Positions 12,926-26,959 of a DNA stretch of 64,000 nt are shown here, piece after piece; within the stretch, counting starts at the first letter, position 1; the number at the start of each line of letters is the position of its first letter. The translations under genes and the position numbers were made by a program. This DNA is from Octopus sinensis (Eukaryota): positions 47,058,001-47,122,000 of the forward strand of contig NC_043012.1 in the NCBI RefSeq assembly GCF_006345805.1, read 5' to 3'. The notes beneath the pieces are model-generated. The model was not told where the DNA came from, ran no database searches, and was given only the letters and a program-made list of their open reading frames with translations.

Positions 12926-14454
12926 ATTCATATAAATGTATGTATATGCATAGATGCACACGAAGGTATAACCACTCAGAGAGAAAGGAAGAAAAAAAGA
13001 AGGAAAAGTAAAAGAAAAAATGCACAGAAAGTCACCGTTTTCCTAAAACGAATGATATAATGCTTGACAATTTAATCTTGTCAACACAGATCTGAACACG
13101 GTAATATTTTCCTTGTCTCACTTATTCGATATCTGTTGCTGAACAGAACTACTTTTATTAATTGTTTCATTGTTATTTACAACGATCAAGAGCATTTTCT
13201 TATATAAAGCATTTGCCTTTTGGCTTGATTGTCCGCTTACTATGTTTATTGAGCCGTTTACTGGACAACCATTAGCAATGCATCATGTAATTCATTGCTG
13301 TGTCAAAATCATCCATTTGTACATACCATCTTCAAGTCTACTGCAACCATATAAATGCTGCAAACCCAAACATTAGTTAAAGTAAAATAAATACAATACT
13401 GATTAAATGGTGCGTGAACTGAATTATGTTATCTCTTCTTGGAAACGTAACCTATGACTGCTTCGTCCCTCAGGTTAAGGAGGAGTTATTTTGGTGCATC
13501 TCAGATGTCTGGAAACATCTATTCACATAGGAAATTAATAACTGGAAATGTTTATTAACTACCAGTGCATAAGTAAATAATGCAACATAGTTACAATTTT
13601 GTATCAAAAGTTTTATATTTGCAGAAGTGAACAGCGAAGAAAATGATGAAATTATCATATGACACACATATACACACGCATTATATCAATCCCGTTGCAT
13701 GGGTATTAACTTGCACAGATGTTTTCAATAAGCAGATTCTCTGCATTCACACAACTATATATAATATAATAGATTGAAATGGAACTGAGTAAATTTAAAC
13801 AGACCAGATTACATTAAAAAGTGTTATAAATGTAGACGTGTATTTGGAAAATAATTCAATAATGTCAGAGAATCTTAGTTCCATATATGAAGTTTAGTTC
13901 TCTTACCATAATTGTTGTTGGCAAATCCTGATTATATGAAATGGTGCACCCATGATAGAGACTTCATATTTTTCTTCTATAATTGTAAATTGTATATGTC
14001 GCAATTATGCCTCGCTTTATCCCCGGAATTACATACTATCCTGCGCTTATGCAGATATGACTAGAGATTTAAACACTGTTTATATCGAATTCTACAAACT
14101 ATACATTAAGATTAATAGTTATGTTCTGGCACTTTCGGAAGCTTAATTGAGAGTTTATATGAATCCAAGTTGTACTTTACTTTCAGTTCAAATAAGAATG
14201 TTATCCGTTTAGCCATCGTAATAATGAAATATGTATTGTAGATACATATGTAATTCATGTGCACTTTAATATGAAACAGTTTATCAATGGCTTACATTCG
14301 CAGCATACATTTTAATATAATCAGTGGGTAAATGTGAAATGCAAATGGCATAGCCATTCATATTACATTTGAATTATACATATAAAGTAAAATCAATATC
14401 AAGATTTATATGCTTGAGCTAATAGCTGTAGATGTAAGTGCCATTTGGCCAAAA

Positions 14455-14545
14455 CGGCAGAGCACTAGAGCAGATGTTTCACAGCATTTAGCTCTTTCTT
14501 CGTGAGCACTGAGTCAAATTTTTGCCTAAACAACCATAGCGTTGC
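14455..14545 (+). mobile_element. Degenerate SINE head fragment
   Basis: ggcagagcactagagc...gcatttagctctttc...ctgagtcaaatt resembles the 33411 family head. Confidence 0.4.
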
Positions 14546-14872
14546 CGTGTCGTCAATTTAAATAATTCCTAGTATCCTACTTTTTTTCCCGTAGAAAATA
14601 ACTAAACAGAAATATAGTAGGGCTGCAGAAGTAATAATGCATTATCATTATGTATTTAATTGTTATTTTTCCTTAAGCTCGTATTATGGAAATCTAAATT
14701 TTCTTCTCTGTTTCTCCATTTAATATCATGAATGTAATATTGGTACGAGAAGTCAATATAGCATACATGCAATAGGATACAGAGTTATCTCATGCATTTA
14801 TAATGTGTTTTATATATTTCCTCGAACGCTTTGTAGATTTAAATGAGGAATCGTGCATATCCACCTTGGTAT

Positions 14873-14949
<77 letters not shown>

Positions 14950-17579
14950 TATATATGTATATATATATATACTGATTAAAATCCACGTAAATGATATCTG
15001 TACACATTTTCGGTGTTGTAAACTTTAGATTATTTTCTGTACATATAGCACTATAACGACACTGCGATGCCTAGATTTTAATACGCTGAATTTGTCTAAA
15101 TATTATAACGTTTAAAACTATTACACGTGAACCTGAGATGAAATCATGCATAACTGTGTCTATATATGGTTGACCTAAGAGCTAGAAATAGCAGCGAAAC
15201 CACCGTTACTCACATTCTACCGTTTTCAATATGAGCAGCATGCATCGGATCATGTATTCATTGATGCACTGAAAAGATAACCTACCCACATAAAAAAACA
15301 GCTATAATCATAAGTTACCTTCATCAAATTGACTTTGGGCTTAACAAAATCAGCAGCAGTTATCATTGATGCGGTTCCAATTTTTTAATGTTGTCCGGAT
15401 TTGTTTACAAATTTAAGAATATTGTGAAATATAATACATATAGAAATATAAATAATCTGTTGCATACAGGTGTTGGGTAGATCGATAAATATGTAGAAGA
15501 TAGTTAAATCATTGCCTTACATGACAAAAGCAGTCAAGCAAGAGATAGCCAATTCCACCTGGTAACTGAGAGAACACAACTGTTAAGCTTCAACTTACTT
15601 TCCGAGCATCAGACGCAAATCTTTTCAGGAAGCAATAAATTAAGTTTCAATTAATATGAATATCAAATTTATCTCCCTTGCTTTTCTCATTAGCAGGAAA
15701 TATTTTTCTTCTTGCGATTCTGTTCCAATTAATCGATGATTTTCTGACTCTTACACATTACTTATGTTACCCTCTACTTAACTGTATATTCTTCATGAAA
15801 CACATACAACAGCTGGTAATTTGTCCTAGTTATTTTCCACAAAGACGTATCAATTTTCCAAGCAAAATGTATTATAGTGCCATCATAATTTATTTTTTTG
15901 GTTGAACAACAGTTTCTTTTCGCGTTCTCGAATCATAATAATCACCTAATATCATTATTGGAGTGAAATTTGTGAGAAAAATCAATATAAAATTACAATT
16001 TCTTAATAAATCGCCAAGGTAAGTAATATCAGAATCAATTATGTCAATAGAAAGATATAATATTTGTGACACTGATAATATAAGTTTTGTAAATTTGTGA
16101 AGAATGTCAGAAAAATTCATTTTGGATTATCGTGTTGAAGAATAAATTATACAAATTATATTTTGATAATTAGTAATCATTATTTTCTGTTGTGTCGAAA
16201 AAGAGAAAATACCTTCCATTCGACACTGTAAAAAAATTAATAATAAAAGGGGTTTCAATAGACTAAAAACGTATACTCTCTCGCGATGTTGCAGGCTAAA
16301 TGATACTTTGTTTCTAAAAAACATGCCCTTGCCATGCAGCTATAACTTAACAGGGGATTTATGTAGAAAGCACGATTCAATCCATTTATTTCGCTCTAGA
16401 ATTCGATACCATATGTGTCTGTTTTGATATCATGTAAATAAAAATTTAGATTTAAAGAAAATGTCGTAATAAATCAAATCATAGTCTTTCGCTAAATTAA
16501 GCCTAAATAGCATTGTAGGAGAAGCAAACACGTATCTCTATATTTTTGGTTATCAGTTAGCTTTAAGATATCCACCTCCATTTGGCTTACCACTTCCAAA
16601 TTGATATTCAACCATCTGCTTACTGGAGTTGCTATACCTCACTATGTGTTATGTATTTATTCCACTCTAAAGTATCCTACGAACAATTACTAATGTTTCG
16701 ATGGAAAAGGTAAAAATAATTAGGTAACCATTGATAGGTAATGTGAATCTGACGTTCTTGCATAGAAATCGTCAAATAAGTACCTGAAATTCATGTTGCT
16801 TTGTCATTTCCGTTTCTTATGTTTATTAGTTTCATATGCAAACGGCTTTTCTCCATAACTATAGGGAGTTATTCTACTGGAGAACAATTATTTAATACAG
16901 GTATCAGTTCGTTAAAAGTATAACGGTCTATCAATAACAACGAAAAGAAACATGTCCTTAATCCTTCTTCAGCAACATTAAAATACTAAAAACATTTTAC
17001 GATGCAAGAAAATCAGTTGCATTATACGTAGATCTTATGCCCTATAAAAAGATTCCCTATTACCTTTAAATTACAAATATATTGTTTGAATTGCATAACC
17101 ATTTCAGTATTTTCGTTTACAAACGAATAGAATAAATATTTCAATAATGTAGAATTATGGTTGAAAATATTAATATATTATAGCTCAATGTATTAAATCA
17201 TGTTTTGAGAGAATCATTTATCAGTGAGGTATTGTATGGTTTTCAAAGAAATGTGTTAAAACAACGGGTAAAATATTCTCCAATAAAGCGAGAAACACTG
17301 ATGAGGTAAAAAAGAATTAAGCATTAAAATACTCACATTTATTTCCAATATCAATGTTTGCCTCTGAATATGTCATCTGCATAAATATATTTCAAACCTG
17401 AATTTATATTTTAAACTTCTTTTCGTTTTTCTGCAAAATTTCTTCTACAAAGAACAACATACCCATATATATAGAGAGATAGAGAGACAGAGGGGGAGAA
17501 AGAGGGAGAGATGTATGTTCATATGTGTATCGATATATACGTAGAAATATTTATACAGGCCTGTATGTATATATAGATA

Positions 17580-17645
17580 TGTATGCATGTATGTGTGTAT
17601 ATGTATATATATAAATATATACATATATATATATGTACACATATA

Positions 17646-17690
<45 letters not shown>

Positions 17691-17708
17691 ATATATATCA
17701 TATATATA

Positions 17709-17746
<38 letters not shown>

Positions 17747-18085
17747 ATATATATTCACAAGCATACATAATTATTTTCACGCTTGTATATATACATACAT
17801 ACATACATATATACATATATATGGGAAAACGTAGAGATGGTTTGGCTCAGAATCTCCAAACCACCTATTAAAGAGACGTGAAATGTGTTTGTTTCTAAAA
17901 ATGTCAACACCTATTCAGGAACCCCACAAATGACATAATATTGCCGATAAATATGGTATTACAGAATGCGCAAATGCTCACATTTTATTCACAAGCATAC
18001 ATAGAATTTTTCACGCTTGTATATATACATACATATATATATATAATTATATATATATATTATTGTTATCGCCATATTATATATA

Positions 18086-18140
<55 letters not shown>

Positions 18141-18412
18141 ATATATATATGTATATATATATATATATATAGATATGTATATATATATATATGTACATAT
18201 ATAGATATAGATAGGTAGATATATGTAAGTATATATATATGTGTGTGTACGTATATATATAGATGCATATATATATAAGTACATATATACATATATATAT
18301 ATCTATATATATACGTACACACACATATATATATATACTTACATATATCTATCTATCTATATCTATATATGTACATATATATATTATATATATAATATAT
18401 ATATTATATATA

Positions 18413-18467
<55 letters not shown>

Positions 18468-18676
18468 ATATGGCGATAATAATTATATATATATATAATT
18501 ATATATATATATATGTATGTATATATACAAGCGTGAAAAATTCTATGTGTGTGTACGTATATATATAGATATATATATGTATATATGTACCTATATATAT
18601 ATGCATCTATATATACGTACACACACATATATATATATACTTACATATATCTATCTATCTATATCTATATATGTAC

Positions 18677-18759
<83 letters not shown>

Positions 18760-18830
18760 ATATGGCGATAATAATTATATATATATATAATTACATATAT
18801 ATATATGTATGTATATATACAAGCGTGAAA
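17580..18830. repeat. Long TA-rich compound satellite with nested direct and inverted sub-duplications
   Basis: The unit tacgtacacacacatat...acttacatatatctatct occurs at ~18312 and ~18615 and in reverse at ~18190-18255; tatggcgataataatt occurs at ~18469 and ~18761 and reversed at ~18062. Confidence 0.9.
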
Positions 18831-19018
18831 AATTCTATGTATGCTTGTGAATAAAATGTGAGCATTTGCGCATTCTGTAATACCATATTTATCGGCAATA
18901 TTATGTCATTTGTGGGGTTCCTGAATAGGTGTTGACATTTTTAGAAACAAACATATTTCACGTCTCTTTAATAGTTGGTTTGGAGATTCTGAGCCAAACC
19001 ATCTCTACGTTTTCCCAT
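17821..19018. repeat. Large inverted duplication (arms ~17821-18080 and ~18760-19018)
   Basis: The unique ~210-bp parts (17821-18030 vs 18808-19018) are reverse complements with 2 substitutions. Confidence 0.95.
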
Positions 19019-19364
19019 TCAACACTTTTAATACACATATATATTCGAATCCAATCCACACATTAATACTCGCCGATAACCTTTCAACATACGTTAAATA
19101 ATTTAGCAGCATGTTTTTATATGTTGAACAGAATAAACATAAATTTATTTCGCTGTTACACATTTATACATATATGAAGTTTTGATATATGCATTTATAT
19201 GATCCATGTCTATATGTAAATGTGTGCATGTAGATAGGTTAGTTAGCGAGTGGACAGTGACTTGCATGAATAGAAATTGTTTCTTAAATTATGTGCCTAG
19301 AAACATGAATGCAAACCAAGGAATCTAAGCGTCTGTCTATCCGTTGGTGCTGATTTGTGTATAC

Positions 19365-19450
<86 letters not shown>

Positions 19451-19494
19451 GTCTATAACAAGCAGTGAAGCTTCCGTCTCCTATAAAATACCTT

Positions 19495-19540
<46 letters not shown>

Positions 19541-19543
<3 letters not shown>

Positions 19544-19820
19544 TAAAGAGAAACCACTATGTGGGCACCCTTATGCTAGAAATAGATCCGCTATGGTCTT
19601 ACCACTAAGAAATGTTCTCAAGAAATGTTTTCTTGAGAACATTCCTTAGTGGTAAGACCATAGCGGATCTATTTCTAGCATAAGGGTGTCCACATATGGT
19701 TTCCCTGTAATATGTATATAATTTTACTGAACTTTCGGTTTTTTTAATATGCTAGACCACTGGTGTGAAATCGATGTTAATTTCTCTAATTTCTCACCGT
19801 CATTTTAAGTTTATATATAT
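19541..19820. mobile_element. Non-autonomous element: 172-bp fold-back (19541-19712) plus ~110-bp leader; second copy at 37400-37814
   Basis: Arms of ~84 bp with ~5 differences and a 3-nt loop (tgt, 19626-19628). The leader 19713-19820 is the reverse complement of 37400-37518. Confidence 0.85.
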
Positions 19821-19829
19821 AGCTGACTT

Positions 19830-21190
19830 CCTGGAAACCCACAAACTCCTAAATGCAAATCAGCATGGCTTTCGGTGTGACAGGGACTGTCTAACACAGC
19901 TCTTACACCACATTGAAGATGTACTCAAAGCCTTGGGAACAGGTTCGAACTCTGACGTCATATATCTTGACTTCAGTAAAGCGTTCGACAGGGTAGACCA
20001 TAATATCCTACTCTCAAAATTGGCAAATGTTGGAATCCGTTCTACACCTCATTAAGTATTTCCTGGCGAATAGAACACAACATGTTGATGGAGTCCACTC
20101 AAGCCCAGCAAAAGCCACCAGCGGTGTTACCCAGGGAACTGTTTTGTGTCCGCTACTCTTCATAATTTACATAAACGACCTTTCCAGTGTCGTACGTTAC
20201 TGCAAAGTGAAAATATTTGCTGATGACACTAAGCTTTAGCAAATCGTCAATGAAGAAGCAGACCGAACTCAACTCCAGTCTGATCTATATGCTGTGTGTC
20301 AATGGGCAGACAGAAACAAAATCAACTGAATGAGGGAAAATTTGAGCTGATGCATTTTGGAAGAAATTCTTCACTAAAACAACCATACTCTCTTCCTTCA
20401 GGGGAACCGCTCACAGCCTCTAACAATATCAGAGACCTGGGTGAAATTGTTGATGACGATCTCAGTTGGAGTGCACACATCAACAAGAAGGTCGATATAG
20501 CGCGTAGGATGGGTTTCTGGATCTTAAGATCTTTCCGGTCCAGAGAACAAGGTGTCATCATGCCACTTTCCTCCTCCTTTGTACGGCCACACCTTGAATA
20601 CTGCTGCCCACTGTGGTCTCCCCATACAAGACAAAACATATCCAGGATTGAGTCACCCCAGAGGGCACTCACTAAACGAATTGAAGGCATGGCTGCTCTC
20701 GATTATTAGGATCGCCTTAAAGCCTTGAAACTTTACTCCCTCCAGCGTCGCTGTGAGCGGTACATCATTTGTACAATGTGGAGAATATACCGCCAACTTT
20801 GCCCAAACGACCTTAACATTAGCTTCAAGGTTCATCCAAGACTGGGACCACGGGCCATACGTTCCCTGCCCAATTCAAGATCACAACATACATGTACACT
20901 GCAACGTAATTTCTTTTCCTCAACGGGCCCTGCCTTATTTAACATTGTCCCGAGGGAGATCAAAGAGGAAAAGGATCCCATCAACTTTAAACGGAGTTTG
21001 GATAGATTCCTTCAAAGAATACCAGATAAGCCACCCATAATTGGATACAACTCACCCAACAAGAGCTCACTACTTGAACAAAATTTGACTTGAACAAAAC
21101 TTGACTTAAACAGGATTCGAATAATCCTATCAGGTGGTGCTATTAAGTTAGACATGGCCTGGAGCAATCTTTGGTCGAAACATATCGAAG
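19830..21190 (+). mobile_element. 5'-truncated CR1-group LINE, RT domain and 3' end, decayed
   Basis: NQHGFR...LTQLL, DVIYLDFSKAFDRVDH, SGVTQGTVLCPLLFIIYINDL, KIFADDTKL, VRPHLEYCCPLWSP, LYSLQRR.ERY. Frameshifts and stops; ends at a microsatellite. Confidence 0.9.
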
Positions 21191-21252
21191 TTATATATAT
21201 ATATATACATGCATGTATGTATGTGTGTATGTATGTATATATAACTACATAT

Positions 21253-21313
<61 letters not shown>

Positions 21314-21316
<3 letters not shown>

Positions 21317-22010
21317 TGGGTCATTCCATAAATGAAATTGCTTCAATTGCATGAACTAAAATACGGTGGGGGACGGAATAAACTACAAGTGCATGTTCTG
21401 AAGAGTGCAGTTCTATTTTAACAGGAATTTTTTTGAAAGATATGAAAGTGACAAAGAAGCATATTCGGCATATTTTTGCTTTCTGAGTTCAATAAAGGCA
21501 ACAAACAACGGAAAGTTCGAGGAATAGTAATGCAGTACATGGTAATCAGACAATAAGCGTTAGCCAGTGCCAACGGTGATTTTAGAAATTCCAGACTGGA
21601 AACTACAGCCTAGAAGACCAACCTCGTCCTGGAAGATCTGTAAAGCTCAAGGAGGACCTCCTGCATACCCTGGTGGAACAAAATCATATCGTAACCGTAG
21701 AAGATTTAACAGAGAATCCTGGATATGGTCATTCAACCATTCATCGACACCTCCGTGCCATCGGAAAAAGTCAGCAAATTAGGTCAATGGGTTCCTCACA
21801 CACTTTCGCGCGCAGAAAGTGAATGTGTACTCTTCTTGTTCTCTATAAAACTGTCAAACACCGCAGAAAGTGGGTACAGAACAGAAAGAAGAAACATCGC
21901 ACCCAAGACTAAAGACGCTCTTCACCCAGATAAGGGGTTGCTATCTGTTTAGTGTGATGTAAAAAGTTTAGTCAACTCCCAACTTTTAAACCCAAACAAA
22001 ACGATACGAT
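21314..22010 (+). mobile_element. Mariner transposon relic with internal deletion
   Basis: Starts TA|ttgggtcattcc after (TA)n; MKVTKKHIRHI, LEDQPRPGR, HRHLRAIGKVSKLGQWVPHTL (WVPHEL motif), then LHPDKGLLSV*CD. Confidence 0.85.
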
Positions 22011-23201
22011 TTTTTTCACTTTATGCAAATCCCCAGGTAAATGGTTCTAAGAAGAAAGGGAGAAGTAAAAAATAAGGAATATACAAACGCAGTTTAAATA
22101 TAGACGTAAAAGTATAATTTGTTACATAATATTTATAAAAACCATGATATTGAATGGAATAGTTCCTCGTTTGAGCTCTTTTCATTATACATATGTGTGT
22201 GTGTGTGTGTGTGTGTGAAGAGAGTGAGAATAAGCATGCCAACCACTTGTGGGGTTTTTTTCTACGGATTCCGACCTTATCTCCAACGGAGATTCTGAAT
22301 ATCCAAACAAAAGAAAAACTACTTTTGGATATTTTAATACAACCCTCCTTAATTTTAAAAACCGTTCCCGAAATTTTAAGACTAGTGTTCAGGGTTATAT
22401 ACGGATGCACAAACGCAGAAAACAGAGAAATTGAAATAAACATGGACGACTTGTTCTGAAACACCCACCAGTGGGGAACAGTTCGTAAAAATAGCACCCA
22501 ATTGTTTTTCCCCAAAATCCCATACGCTCGGAATCTACATAGTTCCAGGTATATTTGTAGGCAATTTCATTTAAGAATATCCATTTTCCTGAAAGTTAAG
22601 ACGGACTGAATTGGAGTCCGATGAGTTTTCCCAAATCCTACCCACTCCCTTCTAAAATGCTCCCTCCACCAAATATTGTATATTCTGAATCTACATAAAA
22701 TACATATTCGAAGTAAATTTCATAAAAAAATATCCATTTTTCTGAAACTCATCATCATCTAAAGACAGGAAGTCTGGTGGAGGCAGAAAGCTTGTGGACA
22801 GATGTACCAAGTGCTCCCAAACATTGTTCAAAACTTTAGCAACAGTCAATTGCTCTCTTGTATCTATCTTTTCTCTTTTCAAAAGCAAATGTGTATCCTT
22901 GTGTTCACTATTTTCCTCTCGTTCTAACCAATCTCCTTGCTTTTCGTGTATGCCTCCACTGTCATTCATTTCTTCTCAAATTTGAACTTGCATAAATCCT
23001 AAATTTTAATTCAGAATTTATGGGAGCAGCTGTCTTTGAAGACTCATATTGTCGTTGAATGCTCGATATCAGTAGTAGATAGTCAGCCGACAACTGATGA
23101 AAGGTCCTTTCTCTTTGTTAACTTGTCCTGTTTTCCCTTTTCTCGTTTTTTACATATTTCATCTTATTTGCACTATTCGTGACGTCCTGTACCCTAATAT
23201 A

Positions 23202-23244
<43 letters not shown>

Positions 23245-24057
23245 ATAAATATACATATGTACGTATATATGTATATCTACATGCATACATAATGTGTGTG
23301 TATTTCTTTTAGCTGTTTTAGTTATTTGACAGTGGCCATGCTGGGGCTCCCATAAAAGTAAGAACTTACTGAAGTATTACGGCAAATTTAGGCATGTCGT
23401 CTATATCAATTACTTTGCCTTGTTTCCTAGTATGAATTAAAACTATGTTAATAAAAATCTGATATGTCTTTTAAAAATTCTCTTTATGAAAACTTTCTGC
23501 ATCTTTCTGAATCCTTTGTTATGTTAACCCATGAGACAATAGCCATATTTGAAAATCGGATTGTCTAGAAGTTTTCTTCGAATAGTTACAGGTTCTCTTC
23601 ATTTCTGTATCCTAGTACGCTTATTGAATATGAAGAATATGAGATTAAATAGTTGTTAATTTTAATGGCTTAGCTAAACAAGAAAATCCAAATAACTTAT
23701 CTGTAAGATTCGTTTGAAGATTTCTGTAACAAAATTTTTCTCTTCTTGCAAAGTATAAAGTCATTTTCGCAGAACATATTTCCTTGTGTTGATTGTAACT
23801 GTAATAATTATCTTTTATATGAGAATTGAAAACATATAGGTATAGAATATGATGAATACAGATAGACAATACTATATTTTACCTTTATTTCAAACTAATT
23901 CTGTTTGTCATACCTAAGTCAGTAGTCACAGCGTGAAATATCAACCTATACATATTACAGTGGGATTCACTAAACATACCTATTCAATGTAGTACACTTC
24001 AATTTGAAATATCTCACATTATGATATTACAGTTGTGATATTCAAAATATGAACATT

Positions 24058-24270
24058 GATACCAATAATAATAATAATATAATAATAATAATAATAATAA
24101 TAATAAAGTAATAATAATGATAACGATGATGATGATGATGATGATAATGATGATGATAATGATGATGATGATGATGATGATAATAATAATAATGATTATA
24201 ATAATAATTAGAATAATAATAATAATAATAATAATAATAGAAATAACAGCAACAATGATAATATAATTTA
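24058..24270. repeat. (TAA)n/(TGA)n compound microsatellite
   Basis: Directly visible. Confidence 0.95.
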
Positions 24271-24960
24271 AAATACTTAATGTTCTCCCATTGAATGTGT
24301 ATATAATTTTCAATTTGTGAAAGTTGTTTTGCAAACATTAACGTGGAGCGGTAATTGATCATAATGCACATTAAGAATCATACGTCGAACAATACGGCAT
24401 CATATGTCTTGAGTGGTTTTGAATTCCAATATGAAAAATTAACTCTATATGATTTGAAGGTCACCTTTTTGTTCACTTACAAACACTTGAATAAATGCAC
24501 TTGCACCTACAAGTGCACCTCCCATTTTAATATAATATGTAATGTATTAGAATAAGTTTTTCATCCACTGTTCTAACAGGGTAAGCACTAACTTAGAGTG
24601 AATAAAAATACAAAGAAAATTCTGGGATACAGAATACGTAGCTGCTGCTTCGTTCTCTCGATCTTATGGTAATGGGATATCTTTGATTGTGAAAATATCT
24701 AACCCTCTGGTATCAAAATCCAGATGGCGAACACTCAATTGTTAATTGGAAGTAAGTGAAATTCTCATGCTATAATGGGGAAATTGCAATTTCATTTAAA
24801 GAAGCGTTTAATGACAAATTGAGAATGAAGGGGGCAGAAACATATGTCGGAACACTGAGTATGGTTATATAAAAATGGTGATTAAGGCATGGTTCCAGTT
24901 CTCTCAATATGACTTTTAACCTTCACTAATCGAAGTATACATCTTTTCATATATGTGACA

Positions 24961-25122
24961 GGCGCAGGATTGGTTGTGTGTTAAGTAGTTCGGTTATCAA
25001 CCACATGGTTCTGGTTTCAGTCCCACCACGTACGACTTTGGCCAAGTGTCTTTTACTATAACTTCGGGATGACCAAAGACTTGTGAGTGGATTTGGTAGA
25101 CGGAAACTGAAAGAAGTGCGTC

Positions 25123-25186
<64 letters not shown>

Positions 25187-25380
25187 AGAGTTTACGAAAA
25201 AAACAACAAAAGACGAAGATAGTAGGTGTACAAAACAAACAGATGTATTAGTATAAAGCTCTGGAATAGAAAAAAGTATTTTATGTTTCGAGCCAACGAT
25301 CTTCTACAGAAAGGGACACAGAAACAACAAGCAGAGAAAAAAGTGTGTAGTGGCTAACGATCTATCATGGCGACTAGTGC

Positions 25381-25447
<67 letters not shown>

Positions 25448-25650
25448 TATGTGTATATATATGTGAGTATATATGTGCACATATGTTTGCGTTTGACAAA
25501 CGATGTTGGCGTGTTTGCATACCCGATACCCAGCGGTTCGACAAAAGGGACCCGAGAGAATAAGTACTAGGCCTACAAAGTATAAGTCCTGGGGTCGGCT
25601 AAAGGTGATGCTCCACCATGGCTGGAGTGAACTGACTGAAACAAAAAAAA
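24961..25650 (+). mobile_element. CORE-type SINE interrupted in its central (TA)n by a ~200-bp Penelope-type terminal fragment (25185-25382)
   Basis: SINE 5' half 24961-25125 and 3' half ~25480-25650 match 46250-46635. The insert is flanked by (TA)n on both sides and carries a decayed CTGnnGA-hairpin-GAAAC motif on the minus strand (25281-25312). Confidence 0.75.
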
Positions 25651-25779
25651 GTGTAACAAATGTAATAGCAGTATTACTAAATCCAGAAACATATTACTAA
25701 ATCCTTTATATAACGTACTTATCTGGATTGAAGCTCATAGTTTTTCCGTAAATGTTATAAAGAAGAATAGCATTCTTTT

Positions 25780-26164
25780 CTGCTCTAGGCACCGGGCCCG
25801 ACATTTTGGGGGAGGAGTCCAATCGATTAGATCGACCCCTGTACGCAACTGGTACTAAATTTGTCGACGCCGAAAGGATGAAAGGCAAAGTCAACATCGG
25901 CGCAATTTGAAGACAGACGAAATACCGCTAAGCATTTCGCCCGGCGAGCTAACGTTTCTTATTTTTTACTGCCCACAAGGGGCTACACATAAATGGGACA
26001 AACAAGGACAGACAAACGGATTAGGTTGATTTTATCAACCCTAGTGCGTAACTGGTACTTATTTAATCGACCCTGAAAGGAATTTGAACTCAGAACGCAG
26101 CGGCAGACGAAATACCACTAAGCATTTCGCGCGGTGTGCTAACGTTTCTGCCAGCTCGCCGCCT
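25780..26164 (-). mobile_element. Two tandem tRNA-derived SINE copies (~25780-25940 and ~25955-26164)
   Basis: Both contain gacgaaatacc(g/a)ctaagcatttcgc..gg..gctaacgtttct; the second ends gccagctcgccgcc. Confidence 0.85.
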
Positions 26165-26959
26165 GAAACAGGCATAGTATTAAATTCAAAATTTATTCGC
26201 ACACATCATTTATTTACTCAAGATGCTTATGATGTGTTTTTATTGTCATATATGTGTATATTAATAAATCAGTATGTTAATGCATTTATAACATCAGCAA
26301 CAAATTTCAAAATTCACTTTCATCTAAAGAATATGTCCTGTAATATATACAAATGTTAAGTTTTCAACTCCGCAAATACATCTTAATTGTAGTGGATATA
26401 ACTGAGATGTCTCCTTTCTGTGGCTACAAAACAAGAGATTTGTACAGCTACTATTGTTTTGCAATGCACTTAAATGAATTCGTTAAAACCTCAGCATATG
26501 TAACAAGTTATTTGTTAGATAAAGAAATCATGCGATGAAACAAAGAGTGGTTGAGAAGAGGAATAAAATGGCGGTGAATATATTCGCTTGTCTAATGCAT
26601 CCTGCTATTCTTTTGGCTGGATACAACTAGGATCACGCACAGAATTTCTAGAGTTGGATCTAAATGTCTCTACACACCATTAACGCCTGAAAGCAGGCAG
26701 TAATGTTATGGAACAAAATCAGTGAATACATTTTTGCGGACGAAGTTGTAATAGGCTGTGATTAATCAACAGCTGTGACACCAAAACAGTCACAGACAGT
26801 ACGGTAACGACGTCATGCAAAACTAGTGGGCAGGAACCATAATGCATCATCGAAGAGACACATTTTTCAAACAAATACACATATCAACATATATGTACAT
26901 ATACCTAAGCAGAAATCTGAATACACATGCATATCCATACACAGGCATACGTATTCATG

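Noticed and set aside
15514-15558. 45-bp minus-strand exon candidate
   Set aside because: Splice sites are plausible but there is no partner exon or homology.
23040-23140. gacaa-CTGATGA-aagg t cctt...ttgtc hammerhead candidate
   Set aside because: Helix I and a small helix II are possible, but the essential GAAA strand is absent.
26565-26815. YY1-like AAAATGGCGG and CRE-like GACGTCA motifs as a promoter
   Set aside because: Two short motifs 240 bp apart are expected by chance; no CpG island or downstream gene.
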